64,000 nt of DNA from Alphaproteobacteria bacterium (lineage in GTDB: Bacteria; Pseudomonadota; Alphaproteobacteria; Caulobacterales; Caulobacteraceae), in contig JAHJOK010000005.1 of NCBI GenBank assembly GCA_018820205.1, positions 69,453-133,452 of the forward strand, written 5' to 3'. The notes under the pieces are model-generated. The model searched no databases and had not been told where the DNA came from. It saw only the letters and a program-made list of their open reading frames with translations. Below are positions 19,919-29,753 of the stretch, piece after piece. Each line of letters starts with the position of its first letter. Positions within the stretch are counted from its first letter, which is position 1. The translations under genes were made by a program, and so were the position numbers.

Positions 19919-22900
19919 TCACCAGTTGAGTTTGAAGCCCAGTTCAGCGCCGTGGCTTTGCCCTCCGTCGCCAAGCGAACCCCGGTAACCCAGGCGGATA
20001 AGCATGCCGTCGTTCAGGCTCCACTCGCCGCCCATGTTCAACCGCACCGCATCACGCGACCAGCCGTCCAGGGTCGCGAGGTAACGCGGGCTGGCCGTCC
20101 AGTCGGCATAGCGCACGGCCTGGTCGTTCAAGCCTTCGAACTCATGCGACCACTCCAGGCGGACCTCCGGCGCAATCCGGCCGTAGCGGCGAGTTTGCAC
20201 CAACCAGCGCAACGACGCGCCCAGGCTCGCCGACAGGCTGTCCTGGGTAACGGCGTCCCATTGCAGGGAGGCCAGCCCGGCGCCCGTCTCCACGAAGCCG
20301 TCCAGGCCGATCCGACGCGCATCGACGCGAGCATAGACATCGCTCTGGCGGCTGGCCCTGTCGCGGGTGCGCCCCGCCGCTGCCGACAGGAAGGCCAGGT
20401 CGCCCGAGCGGGAGCCCCGCGCGAAGGCATCCGGCTCGCCACCCAATCCCTCGGCCCAGCGGCGGCTCTCGAACGACAGACCGGAATAGCCCGCCATGCC
20501 GTCGAGGTAGAAGCCCGGGACCGGGCGCCAGCTGCCGTAGACCATGCCGCTGACCGCCGTGGCGCGGGATCGCGAATCCGACACTCCGACCCGGGTCGCG
20601 TCCTCGCCGTAGCCGCCCGCGGCACCGACCGTCACCGACGGGGTAAGGGCCACATCAGCGCCCACCGTCACCCCTTGGGTCGTGAAACGATTGTCGCGGG
20701 CGCCGCTGGCGTCCTGGCGGCCCCAGTCGATCGAACCGGACGTCCAGACTCCCACGTCGTGATCGCCAGCCGCCCTACCGGTCTCCGTATGCGCCAGACG
20801 GGCGCCGGGGAGGTCCGGGGCTCCGGTCGATGTCGCCTCCCCTCCGTGGCCCTCTTCGCCGCGCGACCGCGACAGCGCGATCAGCTCGCGCTCGCGCGCG
20901 GCCTCACGGTCCCCCGGCGGAACCGCATCGGCCGCGCCCAGACGACGCATGGCGGCCGTGCGGGGATCGCGTTGCGCGTCGTCCTGCCCGAGGTTGATGC
21001 GAAGACCGTTGGCCGAGGGGTTGTCGCCCCGATGCAACTGGCTCAGCCGTTGCTGCACATTGTCGATCTGGCCGTTGGCGAAACGACGGGCCGCCTGAAC
21101 CTGGCCGCCAGCCAGGGCGCGCACATCCGCGTTCAGTGCAGGATCCGGCCTGGCCTCGACCGTCACCGTCACGGTTCCCGTCGCCGTGCCGGAAGCGTTG
21201 CTCAGGCTGTAGGTCACCAGCGCCTCGCCGCTGAATGTCCCTTCCGGCGTCACCGTGATGTCGTAGGCCCCGGGACCGGCGACGACGACCTGAGCCGCAA
21301 CGCTGTTCGCAGGAGCGACACGGCTGATTGTCGCGCCGCTGAAGGGGCCGCCCTGGGCGCCGTCGGTGATCCGCACCGTCACCGACCGGCCCTGGATCGT
21401 GCGAGCGGTGCGATCCGGCGCGGTCGGGGACAGGCTGGAAGTCAGATCGATCCGTCCCGCCTCGGACTCCCCGAACGGCAGCTGCACCACATAGTCCAGA
21501 GATGTCGCGCCCCCCTGTGTCATGCCCGGCGTAAAGACGAGGGTCAGTCCCTGAACCGTCGCCGTGCCGAAGCTGGGCGAGCGAGTGATCCGCAGGCCCT
21601 GGAACGGACCCCCGGCCAGGCCCGCCGTCGGCCTCAGCGCAACGGAACTGTCCGAGGTGGTGCGCGCCGACAGATCCGGCGCCTTGCCCGGCACATGGAA
21701 GGTGAAGGTCGCCGGCGCCGACTCTCCGCCCGGACCGAACGCGACCAGGGTCACGGTGTCCGCGCCCATGAAGTCGGGGCGCGGCGTATAGATCAGCCGA
21801 AACGTCTGGGCCGGCTCCGCGAGCGCGCTCGCGTTTTTGCCCGACATCGCGTCCGTGGTCGTCGCCACGATGATGGCGGAGCCATATTGGCCCTCGGCGC
21901 TCACCCTGTAGCCGGTGACCGCCCCTGACGTGCTGGCGCCGAGTTCGACCGTCGCCGTTCCCGATCCGTTGGTGGTCGTCGGCGTTGTCGTCGCCGGCGG
22001 CGGTGCGATCACGGGCGGCGGCGGCGTTGCGACCGTCAGGCTGACCGTCGCCGGAGCCGACGTGCCGCCGGGCCCTGTCGCCACATAGGTGAAACTGTCG
22101 GCGCCGGAATAACCGGGGCTCGGCACATACGTCGCTGTGGTCCCGGCGATGCTTACCGCACCGTGAGCCGGCGGCGTCGCCACGGTCAGGGCCGTGAAGA
22201 CCCCGGACGGCTCCAAGGCAATGGCCTGCCCAGCCGAGTCGAACGGCGCGGTCGCCATCACTGCCGCCACTGCAGGGGCCGCCGGCGTTCCTACGATGAT
22301 CGACACGGTCGCCGGCGCCGACGTACCGCCCGGCCCTGTCGCCACATAGGTAAAGCTATCGGCGCCAAAATAACCGGGGCTCGGGACATAGGTCGCTGTG
22401 GTCCCTGCGATGCTTACCGCACCGTGAGCCGGCGCCGTCGCCACGGTCAGGGCCGTGAACACCCCCGACGCCTCCAGGGTAATGGCCTGCCCAGCCGAGT
22501 CGAACGGCGCGGTCGCCGTCACTGCCGCCACTGCAGGGGCCGCCGGTGTTCCTACGATGATCGACACGGTCGCTGGCCCAGAAACGCCGCCCGGCCCTGT
22601 CGCCACATAGGTGAAGCCGTCGGCGCCGGAGTAGCCCCGGGTCGGCACATAGGTCGCTTTCGTGCCGGCGATGGTCACCACGCCGTGGGTCGGCCCCGTC
22701 GCCACGGTCAGGCTGGAATACACACCCGAGGCGGACAGGGCGATCTCGGTTCCCGTCGAATCGAACGGCGCGCTCGCCGTCACAGCCTCCGCGACCGGTG
22801 CGTTAGGCGGGGCGATCGTCAGGCTGACTGTCGCCGGGACCGAAGTCCCGCCTGGTCCCGTCGCCACATAGGTGAAGCTGTCAGCGCCGAAATAGCCCCG

Positions 22901-25900
22901 GGTCGGCACATAGGTCGCCGTCGTTCCGGCGATGCTCACCGCGCCATGCGCCGGCCCGGTCGCCAGGGTCAGGCTGGAATACACACCCGAGGCGGACAGG
23001 GCGATCTCGGTTCCCGTCGAATCGAACGGCGTCGCCCCCGTCACAGCCGCCGCGACCGGTGCGTCGGGCGGGGCGATCGTCAGGCGAACCGTCGCAGGCT
23101 GTGACACGCCGCCAGGCCCGGTCGCCACATAGGCGAAGCTGTCGACCCCCGAATAGCCCGGGGTCGGCACATAGGTCGCTGTCGTCCCGGCGATGGTTGC
23201 CACGCCGTGGGTCGGCGCCGTCGCCAGTGAGGTCGATGCGAAGTCTCCACCGGGCTGGAGCGTGATGGTCTGACCCGGAGAGTCGTAGGCCACGCCCGCC
23301 TCCACGCCTGCCGCTGTCGGCGCGGGCGACAGACGATTGATCGTGATCGTATAGGTCGATGCGGCGCCGCTTTGAGCGGTCACCGTCACGATCACGGGAT
23401 TCGCGCCGACCACCAGACTGATGGGGCCTGACGATCCGCCGGAAGCGACGTTCGAGCCGTTCACCGACACGCGTGCGTTGCTCTCGCTGACCGTCGGAAC
23501 GAGAGTGATCGCCGCGACGCTGTTCGCGACCGACGCCGAATAGACGGTCGTCGACGCCGAGAACGCCGGCGACAGGCTCGCTTCCGACAGCGTCAGTCCG
23601 GCCAGGGTCGAGTCAGTCGACAGGGCGACGTTGAAGCTGCTTGTCGCCGTCGCGCTGGAGACGCCGCCGTTCGATGACACGGCTGTCAGCGCATAGGCGC
23701 CGCCATTGAGACCCGCGGGCAGAGCCTGGCTCCAGACCCCGCCGCCAACCGGGATCGGGCCGTAGGCGACCCCCTGGAAGGTCAGGGTCACCGAGGTGGC
23801 ATACGCCGCCTCTCCCGTGACGGTAATGTCTGGTCCCACGACCGCGCCTTCCGCCGGCGAGACGATCGCCACCGTCGGTCCGGCCACGGTGAAGTTGGCC
23901 GTCGCCGGCAGGCTGGAGACCCCGCCGCTCCCGGACACGACCGAGACCGCGTAGGCGCCGTTCGGCAATCGTGACGGGGAAAGCGTCTGGCTCCAGGTTC
24001 CGCCCGTCACAGTGATCGGCCCATAGGCGGTCCCGTTGACCGTCAGCGTCACCGATGAAGCGTTCGCGGCCGTTCCGCTGACGGTGACCGCATCGGGGTC
24101 GCTCACGACGGCGCCGTCGGCCGGCGAAACGAGGGCCACGGACGGCCCCGCCACGGTAAACGACGCAGTCGTCGGCGCGCTCTGGCTGGTCCCGTCGCTG
24201 GAGACGGCGCTCACCGCATAGACGCCGTCCGGCAGTCGGGACGGCGACAGGACCTGGCTCCAGCCTCCGTTGGTCACCGGGATCGGCCCATACGCCACGC
24301 CATTCACGGTCAGGCTGACCGAAGTCGCGTTGCCCGCTGCGCCTGTGATCGTCACCGACTCGGGGTTGGCGATGATTGCGCCGTCGGTCGGGGCGGTCAC
24401 CGAGACGGTCAGGGCCGCGCCGACGACGATCGACACCGTCGCCGGAGCCGAGACGCCCGCCGCATTGCTGGCGGTGAACTGGAAGCTGTCGGCGCCCGAA
24501 TAGCCGGAGACCGGCGTGTAGATCAGGTTCGGCGCCGTCCCGCTCAAAGCCCCGTGGGCCGGTGCTGACGTTGTCGCGTAGCTGGTGGCGTTCGAGCCGG
24601 TCAGCTTGATGTTCACCGCTGTGTCGTGGGCTGTCGTCACCGACCGGGCGTTGGCGATCGGGGCCGCCACCACTGTGAAGCCTATGGTGGCCGAACTGGC
24701 GGAGACGTTGCCCGCAGCGTCGGCCGCCGTGGCCCGCACTGTATGTGCGCCCAGGCTCAAGCCGGCGGCCTGCGCCTTGCTCCAGTCGCCCGATCCGTCC
24801 GCACTCGTGGCTCCGATGGAGGTCCCGTCGACGAACACGGTGACGGTCGCTCCGGCCTCGGCCATGCCGGAGTAGGTCGGCGTGGTCTGGGTCGTGCTGG
24901 AGTTATCGACCGGGGTCGTGATCGTCGGGACCTGAGGGACATCGGTATCGATCGTGAACGATACCGATGTCGAGGCCGGCCCCGTATTGCCCGCCGCGTC
25001 CCGCGCCGTCGCCGTGAGCGTGTGCGATCCCTGACCCAGCGTCGCCGACGTCGCCGACCAGCCGCCGCCCCCGCTAGCCGTTGTCGTCGCCACCACCGTT
25101 GCGCCATCCCGCACGGTGACGGTCGCGCCCGGCTCGGCCGTGCCGGAGAGCGTCGGCGTCGCCGTCGTCAGGAGTTGCCCGGCGACCGGCGCCGCGATCA
25201 CCGGGGCCGGCGGACCGATCGTATCGACGGTGAACGACACCGCCGCCGAGGCCGCACTTGTATTGCCGGCGACGTCCGCCGCTGTAGCCGTGATCGTGTG
25301 CGCGCCCTGTCCCAGGGCGGCGGACGTGGCCGACCAGTCGCCGGCGCCGTCCGCCATGGGCGTCGCAAGCACCGTCGCGCCCTCGCGCACCGTGACCCGG
25401 GTGTTGGCGGCGGCGCTGCCCGACACCACCGGCGTCTGGGTCGTCGCGACCTGGCCGGCCGTCGGCGTGGCGATGACCGGCGCGGCGGGGGCGGCGACCG
25501 CGACGGTGAAGCCGCTGGTCGCGGCAGCGCTGTCTTCCACCCCATTGGTGGACACGACCGTCACGGAATAGGCGCCGTTGGACAGAGCGCCCGGCAGGGT
25601 CTGACTCCAGGCGTCGCCCGTGACGGCGACCGGTCCATAGTTGGTCCCCTGGAAGGCGACGGTGACCGATGTCGCGTTCGTCGCCGAGCCCGAGACCGTC
25701 ACGTCATAGGTCGACAGCGCTGCGCCTTGGGCCGGCGAGTTGATGGCGACGGTCGGGGTTGCAAGCTGAACGGAGATGCTGAACCCGGGGACGACCTGAA
25801 TGAACGGACCCAGGCCGAGCGAGCTGTCGGTGATCTGGTTCGCGAAGGTGAAGGCGCCGCTCTGCATCGGCGTGCCGCTGAGGGTGCAGTCTGCGTTCAG

Positions 25901-27025
25901 CGACACCCCGGCGGGCAGCCCGCCCGAAGCGACCGCCGTCGCGCAACTGTATGGACCCCGGCCGCCCGAGGCGATGATCGCATAGCCGGACAGCGCCACT
26001 CCGGCCTTGGCGCCGGTCCCGGTCAGACTGGCGGCCAGAACGGGATCGGCGACCGGTACAGTCACCGTCGCCGGGCTCGACGTGCCGCCCGGGTTCGTGG
26101 CGGTGTAGGTGAAGGTGTCGTTTCCGCGATACCCGGTCGCCGGGCGGTAGGTGACCAGGCCGCTGGCGTCGATCGACACCTGGCCGCCATTGGCGGTGGC
26201 GGCGGACCCGACGGCGTAAGACGTCGGGCCGTTGCTGGCCTGACCGGCAAGGCTGAAGGTCGTCGTTCCGCCGCCGCCCGCGTCATAGGATACGGCCAGA
26301 GCGGTATAGGCGTTCGCGACGGGCGGCGGCGGGGGCGTGACGGTGATGGAGATCGTCGAAAGGTTCGACGTGCCGCCGGCATTCATTCCTTGATAGGTGA
26401 AACTGTCCGCGCCCGCGAAGCCCGTCGTCGGGGTATAGAGGATCGACGTGCCTGACACGGTGGACGCGCCATGCGCTGCGGCGCCCACTACCTGCACGGA
26501 AGCCGGCGCCACGCCGCTGAAGGTCAGCGGCATGACATTGCTGATGCTGTTGTAGGCCACCGTCGCCGGGGCGTCGGCCGTCACCGGCGCACGCGCCGCG
26601 ATGGTCACGTTGACGATCACGATGCCGGCCCCGGCGCCGCTCATCTGATCGCCCTGAAGCCGGAAGCTGTCGGTCCCGACGAAGTTGAGGGCCGGCGTAT
26701 AGCGGAACTGGGTCGTATATTGCCGGTTCTCGAAATCGACCACGCCATTGGCGGGCGCGAACCCCGGAACGACGGGGCCGGCGAAGCCCGCTGTCGTGGC
26801 CGAGAAACAGTTGGCGTCCCACGCGTCCGTCAGGACGGCGGAAGGTTGGGCGGCGGTGTTCGCCGGCAGGCTGATGTTGATCGTGCAGGCCGCCTGGGCC
26901 ACGGCGGGCGAAAAGACGACAAGCATCAGAATTGTCGATGCAATCGCGAGACGTTCGACGCTCAACCGCAGCCGCTTCGACCAGGTTGGAGTTCCTGCCA
27001 GTCGCCGCCGGATCGACTTCATCAC
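19919..27025 (-). CDS. Giant autotransporter adhesin with many Ig/cadherin-like repeats
   Basis: Extended signal peptide; about 20 Thr/Ala/Gly/Val-rich Ig-like units ('YTP..G..G.DSFTY', putative-Ig 'LPAGVSLN..LSGTP', 'ATA.D.AGN'); C-terminal autotransporter barrel ending in W. Confidence 0.92.
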   Translation of the reverse strand: MMKSIRRRLAGTPTWSKRLRLSVERLAIASTILMLVVFSPAVAQAACTINISLPANTAAQPSAVLTDAWDANCFSATTAGFAGPVVPGFAPANGVVDFENRQYTTQFRYTPALNFVGTDSFRLQGDQMSGAGAGIVIVNVTIAARAPVTADAPATVAYNSISNVMPLTFSGVAPASVQVVGAAAHGASTVSGTSILYTPTTGFAGADSFTYQGMNAGGTSNLSTISITVTPPPPPVANAYTALAVSYDAGGGGTTTFSLAGQASNGPTSYAVGSAATANGGQVSIDASGLVTYRPATGYRGNDTFTYTATNPGGTSSPATVTVPVADPVLAASLTGTGAKAGVALSGYAIIASGGRGPYSCATAVASGGLPAGVSLNADCTLSGTPMQSGAFTFANQITDSSLGLGPFIQVVPGFSISVQLATPTVAINSPAQGAALSTYDVTVSGSATNATSVTVAFQGTNYGPVAVTGDAWSQTLPGALSNGAYSVTVVSTNGVEDSAAATSGFTVAVAAPAAPVIATPTAGQVATTQTPVVSGSAAANTRVTVREGATVLATPMADGAGDWSATSAALGQGAHTITATAADVAGNTSAASAAVSFTVDTIGPPAPVIAAPVAGQLLTTATPTLSGTAEPGATVTVRDGATVVATTTASGGGGWSATSATLGQGSHTLTATARDAAGNTGPASTSVSFTIDTDVPQVPTITTPVDNSSTTQTTPTYSGMAEAGATVTVFVDGTSIGATSADGSGDWSKAQAAGLSLGAHTVRATAADAAGNVSASSATIGFTVVAAPIANARSVTTAHDTAVNIKLTGSNATSYATTSAPAHGALSGTAPNLIYTPVSGYSGADSFQFTASNAAGVSAPATVSIVVGAALTVSVTAPTDGAIIANPESVTITGAAGNATSVSLTVNGVAYGPIPVTNGGWSQVLSPSRLPDGVYAVSAVSSDGTSQSAPTTASFTVAGPSVALVSPADGAVVSDPDAVTVSGTAANASSVTLTVNGTAYGPITVTGGTWSQTLSPSRLPNGAYAVSVVSGSGGVSSLPATANFTVAGPTVAIVSPAEGAVVGPDITVTGEAAYATSVTLTFQGVAYGPIPVGGGVWSQALPAGLNGGAYALTAVSSNGGVSSATATSSFNVALSTDSTLAGLTLSEASLSPAFSASTTVYSASVANSVAAITLVPTVSESNARVSVNGSNVASGGSSGPISLVVGANPVIVTVTAQSGAASTYTITINRLSPAPTAAGVEAGVAYDSPGQTITLQPGGDFASTSLATAPTHGVATIAGTTATYVPTPGYSGVDSFAYVATGPGGVSQPATVRLTIAPPDAPVAAAVTGATPFDSTGTEIALSASGVYSSLTLATGPAHGAVSIAGTTATYVPTRGYFGADSFTYVATGPGGTSVPATVSLTIAPPNAPVAEAVTASAPFDSTGTEIALSASGVYSSLTVATGPTHGVVTIAGTKATYVPTRGYSGADGFTYVATGPGGVSGPATVSIIVGTPAAPAVAAVTATAPFDSAGQAITLEASGVFTALTVATAPAHGAVSIAGTTATYVPSPGYFGADSFTYVATGPGGTSAPATVSIIVGTPAAPAVAAVMATAPFDSAGQAIALEPSGVFTALTVATPPAHGAVSIAGTTATYVPSPGYSGADSFTYVATGPGGTSAPATVSLTVATPPPPVIAPPPATTTPTTTNGSGTATVELGASTSGAVTGYRVSAEGQYGSAIIVATTTDAMSGKNASALAEPAQTFRLIYTPRPDFMGADTVTLVAFGPGGESAPATFTFHVPGKAPDLSARTTSDSSVALRPTAGLAGGPFQGLRITRSPSFGTATVQGLTLVFTPGMTQGGATSLDYVVQLPFGESEAGRIDLTSSLSPTAPDRTARTIQGRSVTVRITDGAQGGPFSGATISRVAPANSVAAQVVVAGPGAYDITVTPEGTFSGEALVTYSLSNASGTATGTVTVTVEARPDPALNADVRALAGGQVQAARRFANGQIDNVQQRLSQLHRGDNPSANGLRINLGQDDAQRDPRTAAMRRLGAADAVPPGDREAARERELIALSRSRGEEGHGGEATSTGAPDLPGARLAHTETGRAAGDHDVGVWTSGSIDWGRQDASGARDNRFTTQGVTVGADVALTPSVTVGAAGGYGEDATRVGVSDSRSRATAVSGMVYGSWRPVPGFYLDGMAGYSGLSFESRRWAEGLGGEPDAFARGSRSGDLAFLSAAAGRTRDRASRQSDVYARVDARRIGLDGFVETGAGLASLQWDAVTQDSLSASLGASLRWLVQTRRYGRIAPEVRLEWSHEFEGLNDQAVRYADWTASPRYLATLDGWSRDAVRLNMGGEWSLNDGMLIRLGYRGSLGDGGQSHGAELGFKLNW
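22030..23330 (-). repeat. Five tandem 261-bp (87-aa) Ig-like repeat units in the autotransporter
   Basis: CCACATAGG recurs at 22081, 22342, 22603, 22864 and 23125 (period 261); adjacent units share long identical DNA stretches. Boundaries approximate. Confidence 0.9.
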
Positions 27026-27082
27026 TTCCCCCTGCGGATGCCGAAACCTGGTCGGCGACGCCTACATACGCTTGCTCTCTCG

Positions 27083-27095
27083 ATTTATCGCCATT
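27083..27095 (+). promoter_or_regulatory. 13-bp motif ATTTATCGCCATT (left copy)
   Basis: Exact reverse complement of 29754-29766; lies in the divergent gap between autotransporter and tail-collar genes. Confidence 0.55.
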
Positions 27096-27236
27096 ATGAA
27101 ACTAATGTTCGCGAGTCAATGCGATCCGGGGTGCGCCAGTCGGAACTGCGCCGTCCCGTGGAGGGTGGATCACGCCATCCGTGTGACCGTCGGCTGCGTG
27201 CCGGACCGTGTCTCATGGAGGCCAGAGGAGCTGCGA

Positions 27237-27743
27237 ATGTCGGAATTCTTCATGGGCCAGATCATCATGGGCGGGTTCGGAACCACGCCCCGAGGGTTCG
27301 CCGCCTGCGACGGCCAGATCCTGCCGGTGCAGCAGAACCGGCCTCTGTTCAGTTTGATCGGCGATGCCTTTGGCGGCGACAACGTGAACACCTTCGGCCT
27401 GCCCGACATGCGCGGCCGCGCCCCGGTCGGCGTCAGCAAGAATTACGGTTTCGGGGCACGGGGCGGGGTGGAGAGCGTGACCCTGACCGAACAGCACCTG
27501 CCGTCGCACACCCATTCGCTGCGGGGCGCCACGGCCATCGGTGATCTGCGGGCCCCCAACTATGCCGCAAGGACGAGCGACGAGGCCGAGGCGCTTTACG
27601 CCGCGGCGTCCGGCGCCCGGGTCAATCTGGCGCAGGAAACCATCGAGCCGGTCGGCAACAGCATGCCGGCCAACAACATGCAGCCCTTCTGCACCGTGCA
27701 GTTCATCGTCGCCCTGACGGGCGTATTCCCCACCAGACCTTGA
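27237..27743 (+). CDS. Phage tail-collar domain protein (microcystin-dependent protein-like), paralogue 1
   Basis: 'F.GQI..GF...PRGFAACDGQIL...LFSLIG..FGGD...FGLPDMRGR.PVG', 'LPSHTH', 'NMQP'. Confidence 0.88.
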   Translation: MSEFFMGQIIMGGFGTTPRGFAACDGQILPVQQNRPLFSLIGDAFGGDNVNTFGLPDMRGRAPVGVSKNYGFGARGGVESVTLTEQHLPSHTHSLRGATAIGDLRAPNYAARTSDEAEALYAAASGARVNLAQETIEPVGNSMPANNMQPFCTVQFIVALTGVFPTRP

Positions 27744-27759
27744 TCAGACGGAGCGAACG

Positions 27760-28287
27760 ATGAGCGAGCCCTTCATTGGCGAAATTCGCATGTTCGGATT
27801 TGCGGATACGCCTGTCGGCTGGATCCCCTGCACCGGGGTCGAATTGCCGAGCAACGTCTATACCGAACTGTTCCTGGTGCTGAAGAACACGTACGGCGGC
27901 GACGGCGTCAGCACCTTCAGAGTGCCGGACCTGCGCGGCGCGGTTCCGATCCATACCGGCTCCGGCACAGGACTGTCTCCTCGGCCACTTGGGATGATGG
28001 CCGGCCGCGAAAGCATCTCGCTCGGCCCGGAAATGCCCCGGCACTCGCACACCTTCACCGTCGCAACGGGCGTCGCTGACCAGCGCCGGCCGTCCCCGGA
28101 TGTCGTGATCGGAGCGCTGTCGGGGGACACGACCTTCATCACTTCGAGCGCCACCGGGACGATCGCGACCAACTGGGGCCCCCAGGCGATCACCGCCGTC
28201 GGTGAGGGCGCGCCACATGATAACTGCATGCCGACCCTGACGCTGAACTTCTGCATCGCCGGCGTGGGCCGACGCCCGGTCGCCTGA
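27760..28287 (+). CDS. Phage tail-collar domain protein, paralogue 2
   Basis: 'MSEPFIGEIRMFGF..YGGDGVSTFRVPDLRG', 'MPRHSH', 'HDNCMPTLTLNFCIA'. Confidence 0.88.
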   Translation: MSEPFIGEIRMFGFADTPVGWIPCTGVELPSNVYTELFLVLKNTYGGDGVSTFRVPDLRGAVPIHTGSGTGLSPRPLGMMAGRESISLGPEMPRHSHTFTVATGVADQRRPSPDVVIGALSGDTTFITSSATGTIATNWGPQAITAVGEGAPHDNCMPTLTLNFCIAGVGRRPVA

Positions 28288-28307
28288 CCCCATCGAAGGA
28301 GAGCCTG

Positions 28308-28841
28308 ATGTCCGAGCCCATTCTCGCCGAGATCCAGATGTTCGGCTTCCAGTTCGCGCCGCGCGACTGGCTCAAATGCGAAGGCGGGAGACTGCCGATC
28401 TCACAATACCGCGCGCTGGATACCCTTCTGGCCGGGCGCTTCGGCCGCGACAGCGTCTATTTCGGCCTGCCCAACCTGATGGACAGTCTTCCAGGCGGTG
28501 CGGGCGCCGGTCCGGACCGCACGCCCCGGACCGTCGGGGACACCTACGGCGAGGCTGCAGTCCAGCTGAAGCCGAGCCATCTGCCCGCGCACGTCCACCA
28601 TGTGGTCAGTTTCGCCACGCGTGAGGCCGCAGATCGCCGGGGCATGCCGACAGCCGGTGATCGGCTGACCACGCCGGCCCTGGCGTTCGGCTATAATGGC
28701 CAGTCGAGTCTGCTCGACACGACCTTTGCTGCGGACACCCTGGGCGAGACCGGCGGCAACCAGGCGCACGAGAACCGCCAGCCCTATCTCGGCGTCGGAT
28801 TCTGCATCGCGGTGGTCGGATCCTATCCGCAGTTTTCCTGA
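28308..28841 (+). CDS. Phage tail-collar domain protein, paralogue 3
   Basis: 'MSEPILAEIQMFGFQFAPRDW', 'LPAHVH', 'HENRQPYLGVGFCIA'. Confidence 0.88.
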   Translation: MSEPILAEIQMFGFQFAPRDWLKCEGGRLPISQYRALDTLLAGRFGRDSVYFGLPNLMDSLPGGAGAGPDRTPRTVGDTYGEAAVQLKPSHLPAHVHHVVSFATREAADRRGMPTAGDRLTTPALAFGYNGQSSLLDTTFAADTLGETGGNQAHENRQPYLGVGFCIAVVGSYPQFS

Positions 28842-28851
28842 CCCGGATCGG

Positions 28852-29391
28852 TTGAGTCCCTTCCCTCGCGGAGGGTGCGTCCTTGACCTGACGTCGGATG
28901 GCGGCGTCGGACTGACCCTGCGTCAGGCCGAAGTGCAGGATCTGGGCTTTCTCTGTGATCTCTATGCGTCGTTCCGTGCCCACGAGCTGTCATGCGTCCC
29001 CTGGACGTCGTCCGAAAAGGCCGCCTTCCTGACCGACCAGTTCATCCTGCAGCATGAACAGTTCGTTCGCCGGTTCCCGAACGGCGCCTTCTGGGTGGTC
29101 GAAGCCGAAGGGCGCCCGGTCGGCCGGCTCTACCTCAACCTTGCCGATGATGGCCTTCTGATCGTCGATATCGGACTGCGTCCGGAAACGCGGCGACTGG
29201 GGGTCGGGCGCCGGCTGCTGGAGTGGGCGGAAGCGCAGGCGCTAAACACAGGCGCGCCGCGACTGTGGCTGCACGTGGCCCCGTGGAACGGGGCGGCGTT
29301 GGCGCTCTACCAGGCCGCAGGACTGCGGCTCGTGGAAAGCGCCCAGACCCTTCTGACGATGGAGAAGCGACTGCGTGACCCGGCTAGTTGA
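28852..29391 (+). CDS. GNAT family N-acetyltransferase
   Basis: 'GRPVGRLYL', 'IVDIGLRPETRRLGVGRRLL' (acetyl-CoA motif A), 'LHV...N.AALALY'. Start uncertain (in-frame TTG at 28852). Confidence 0.85.
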   Translation: MSPFPRGGCVLDLTSDGGVGLTLRQAEVQDLGFLCDLYASFRAHELSCVPWTSSEKAAFLTDQFILQHEQFVRRFPNGAFWVVEAEGRPVGRLYLNLADDGLLIVDIGLRPETRRLGVGRRLLEWAEAQALNTGAPRLWLHVAPWNGAALALYQAAGLRLVESAQTLLTMEKRLRDPAS

Positions 29392-29677
29392 AAACCGCCT
29401 GGTAGACCGCGCCACCGGGCTCGCGCCCGACGGGCACCAGAAAGACGTCCAGTGCGCCCAGGGCGGCGTTCTTGAGCCGATAGATGCGTTGCGGCAGTAC
29501 GACCGATGAAGCGCTTCGAAAGATCAGCGCAAAGGGCTCCCGCAGCATGCCGGGATAGGGTTGCGCGGCGATCGGCGCCACCTCGGTCAGGGTCAGCGGC
29601 ATGTCGCTGCCTCCCATCGCCAGATCGAACGTCTCGCCCGAGCGGCCGGCGAACGCCTGGTAACTCAACATCTGCAT
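29384..29677 (-). CDS. Small conserved protein, DUF6916-like
   Basis: 97 aa, 'F...GETF..L.L.EV..REPFALIF..LPQRIY.L..LG.L.VFLVPVG..YQAVFN', recognised from memory as the family found with tail-collar/GNAT clusters. Confidence 0.75.
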   Translation of the reverse strand: MQMLSYQAFAGRSGETFDLAMGGSDMPLTLTEVAPIAAQPYPGMLREPFALIFRSASSVVLPQRIYRLKNAALGALDVFLVPVGREPGGAVYQAVFN

Positions 29678-29753
29678 GCCAGCCTCCCGATATGCTCCAG
29701 ATGTGCCGCCGCCCGGCTCCGTCCGCAACCCCGATGCGACGCTTTTTAACCGA

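Noticed and set aside
22030-23330. CRISPR array suggested by periodic repeats (also 53477-54628)
   Set aside because: Periods of 261 and 144 bp are multiples of 3, lie inside ORFs and vary mostly at codon level; no unique spacers and no cas genes.
27237-28841. Prophage, tailocin or contractile injection system suggested by tail-collar genes
   Set aside because: No sheath, tube, baseplate, capsid, terminase, lysis or integrase genes in the window.
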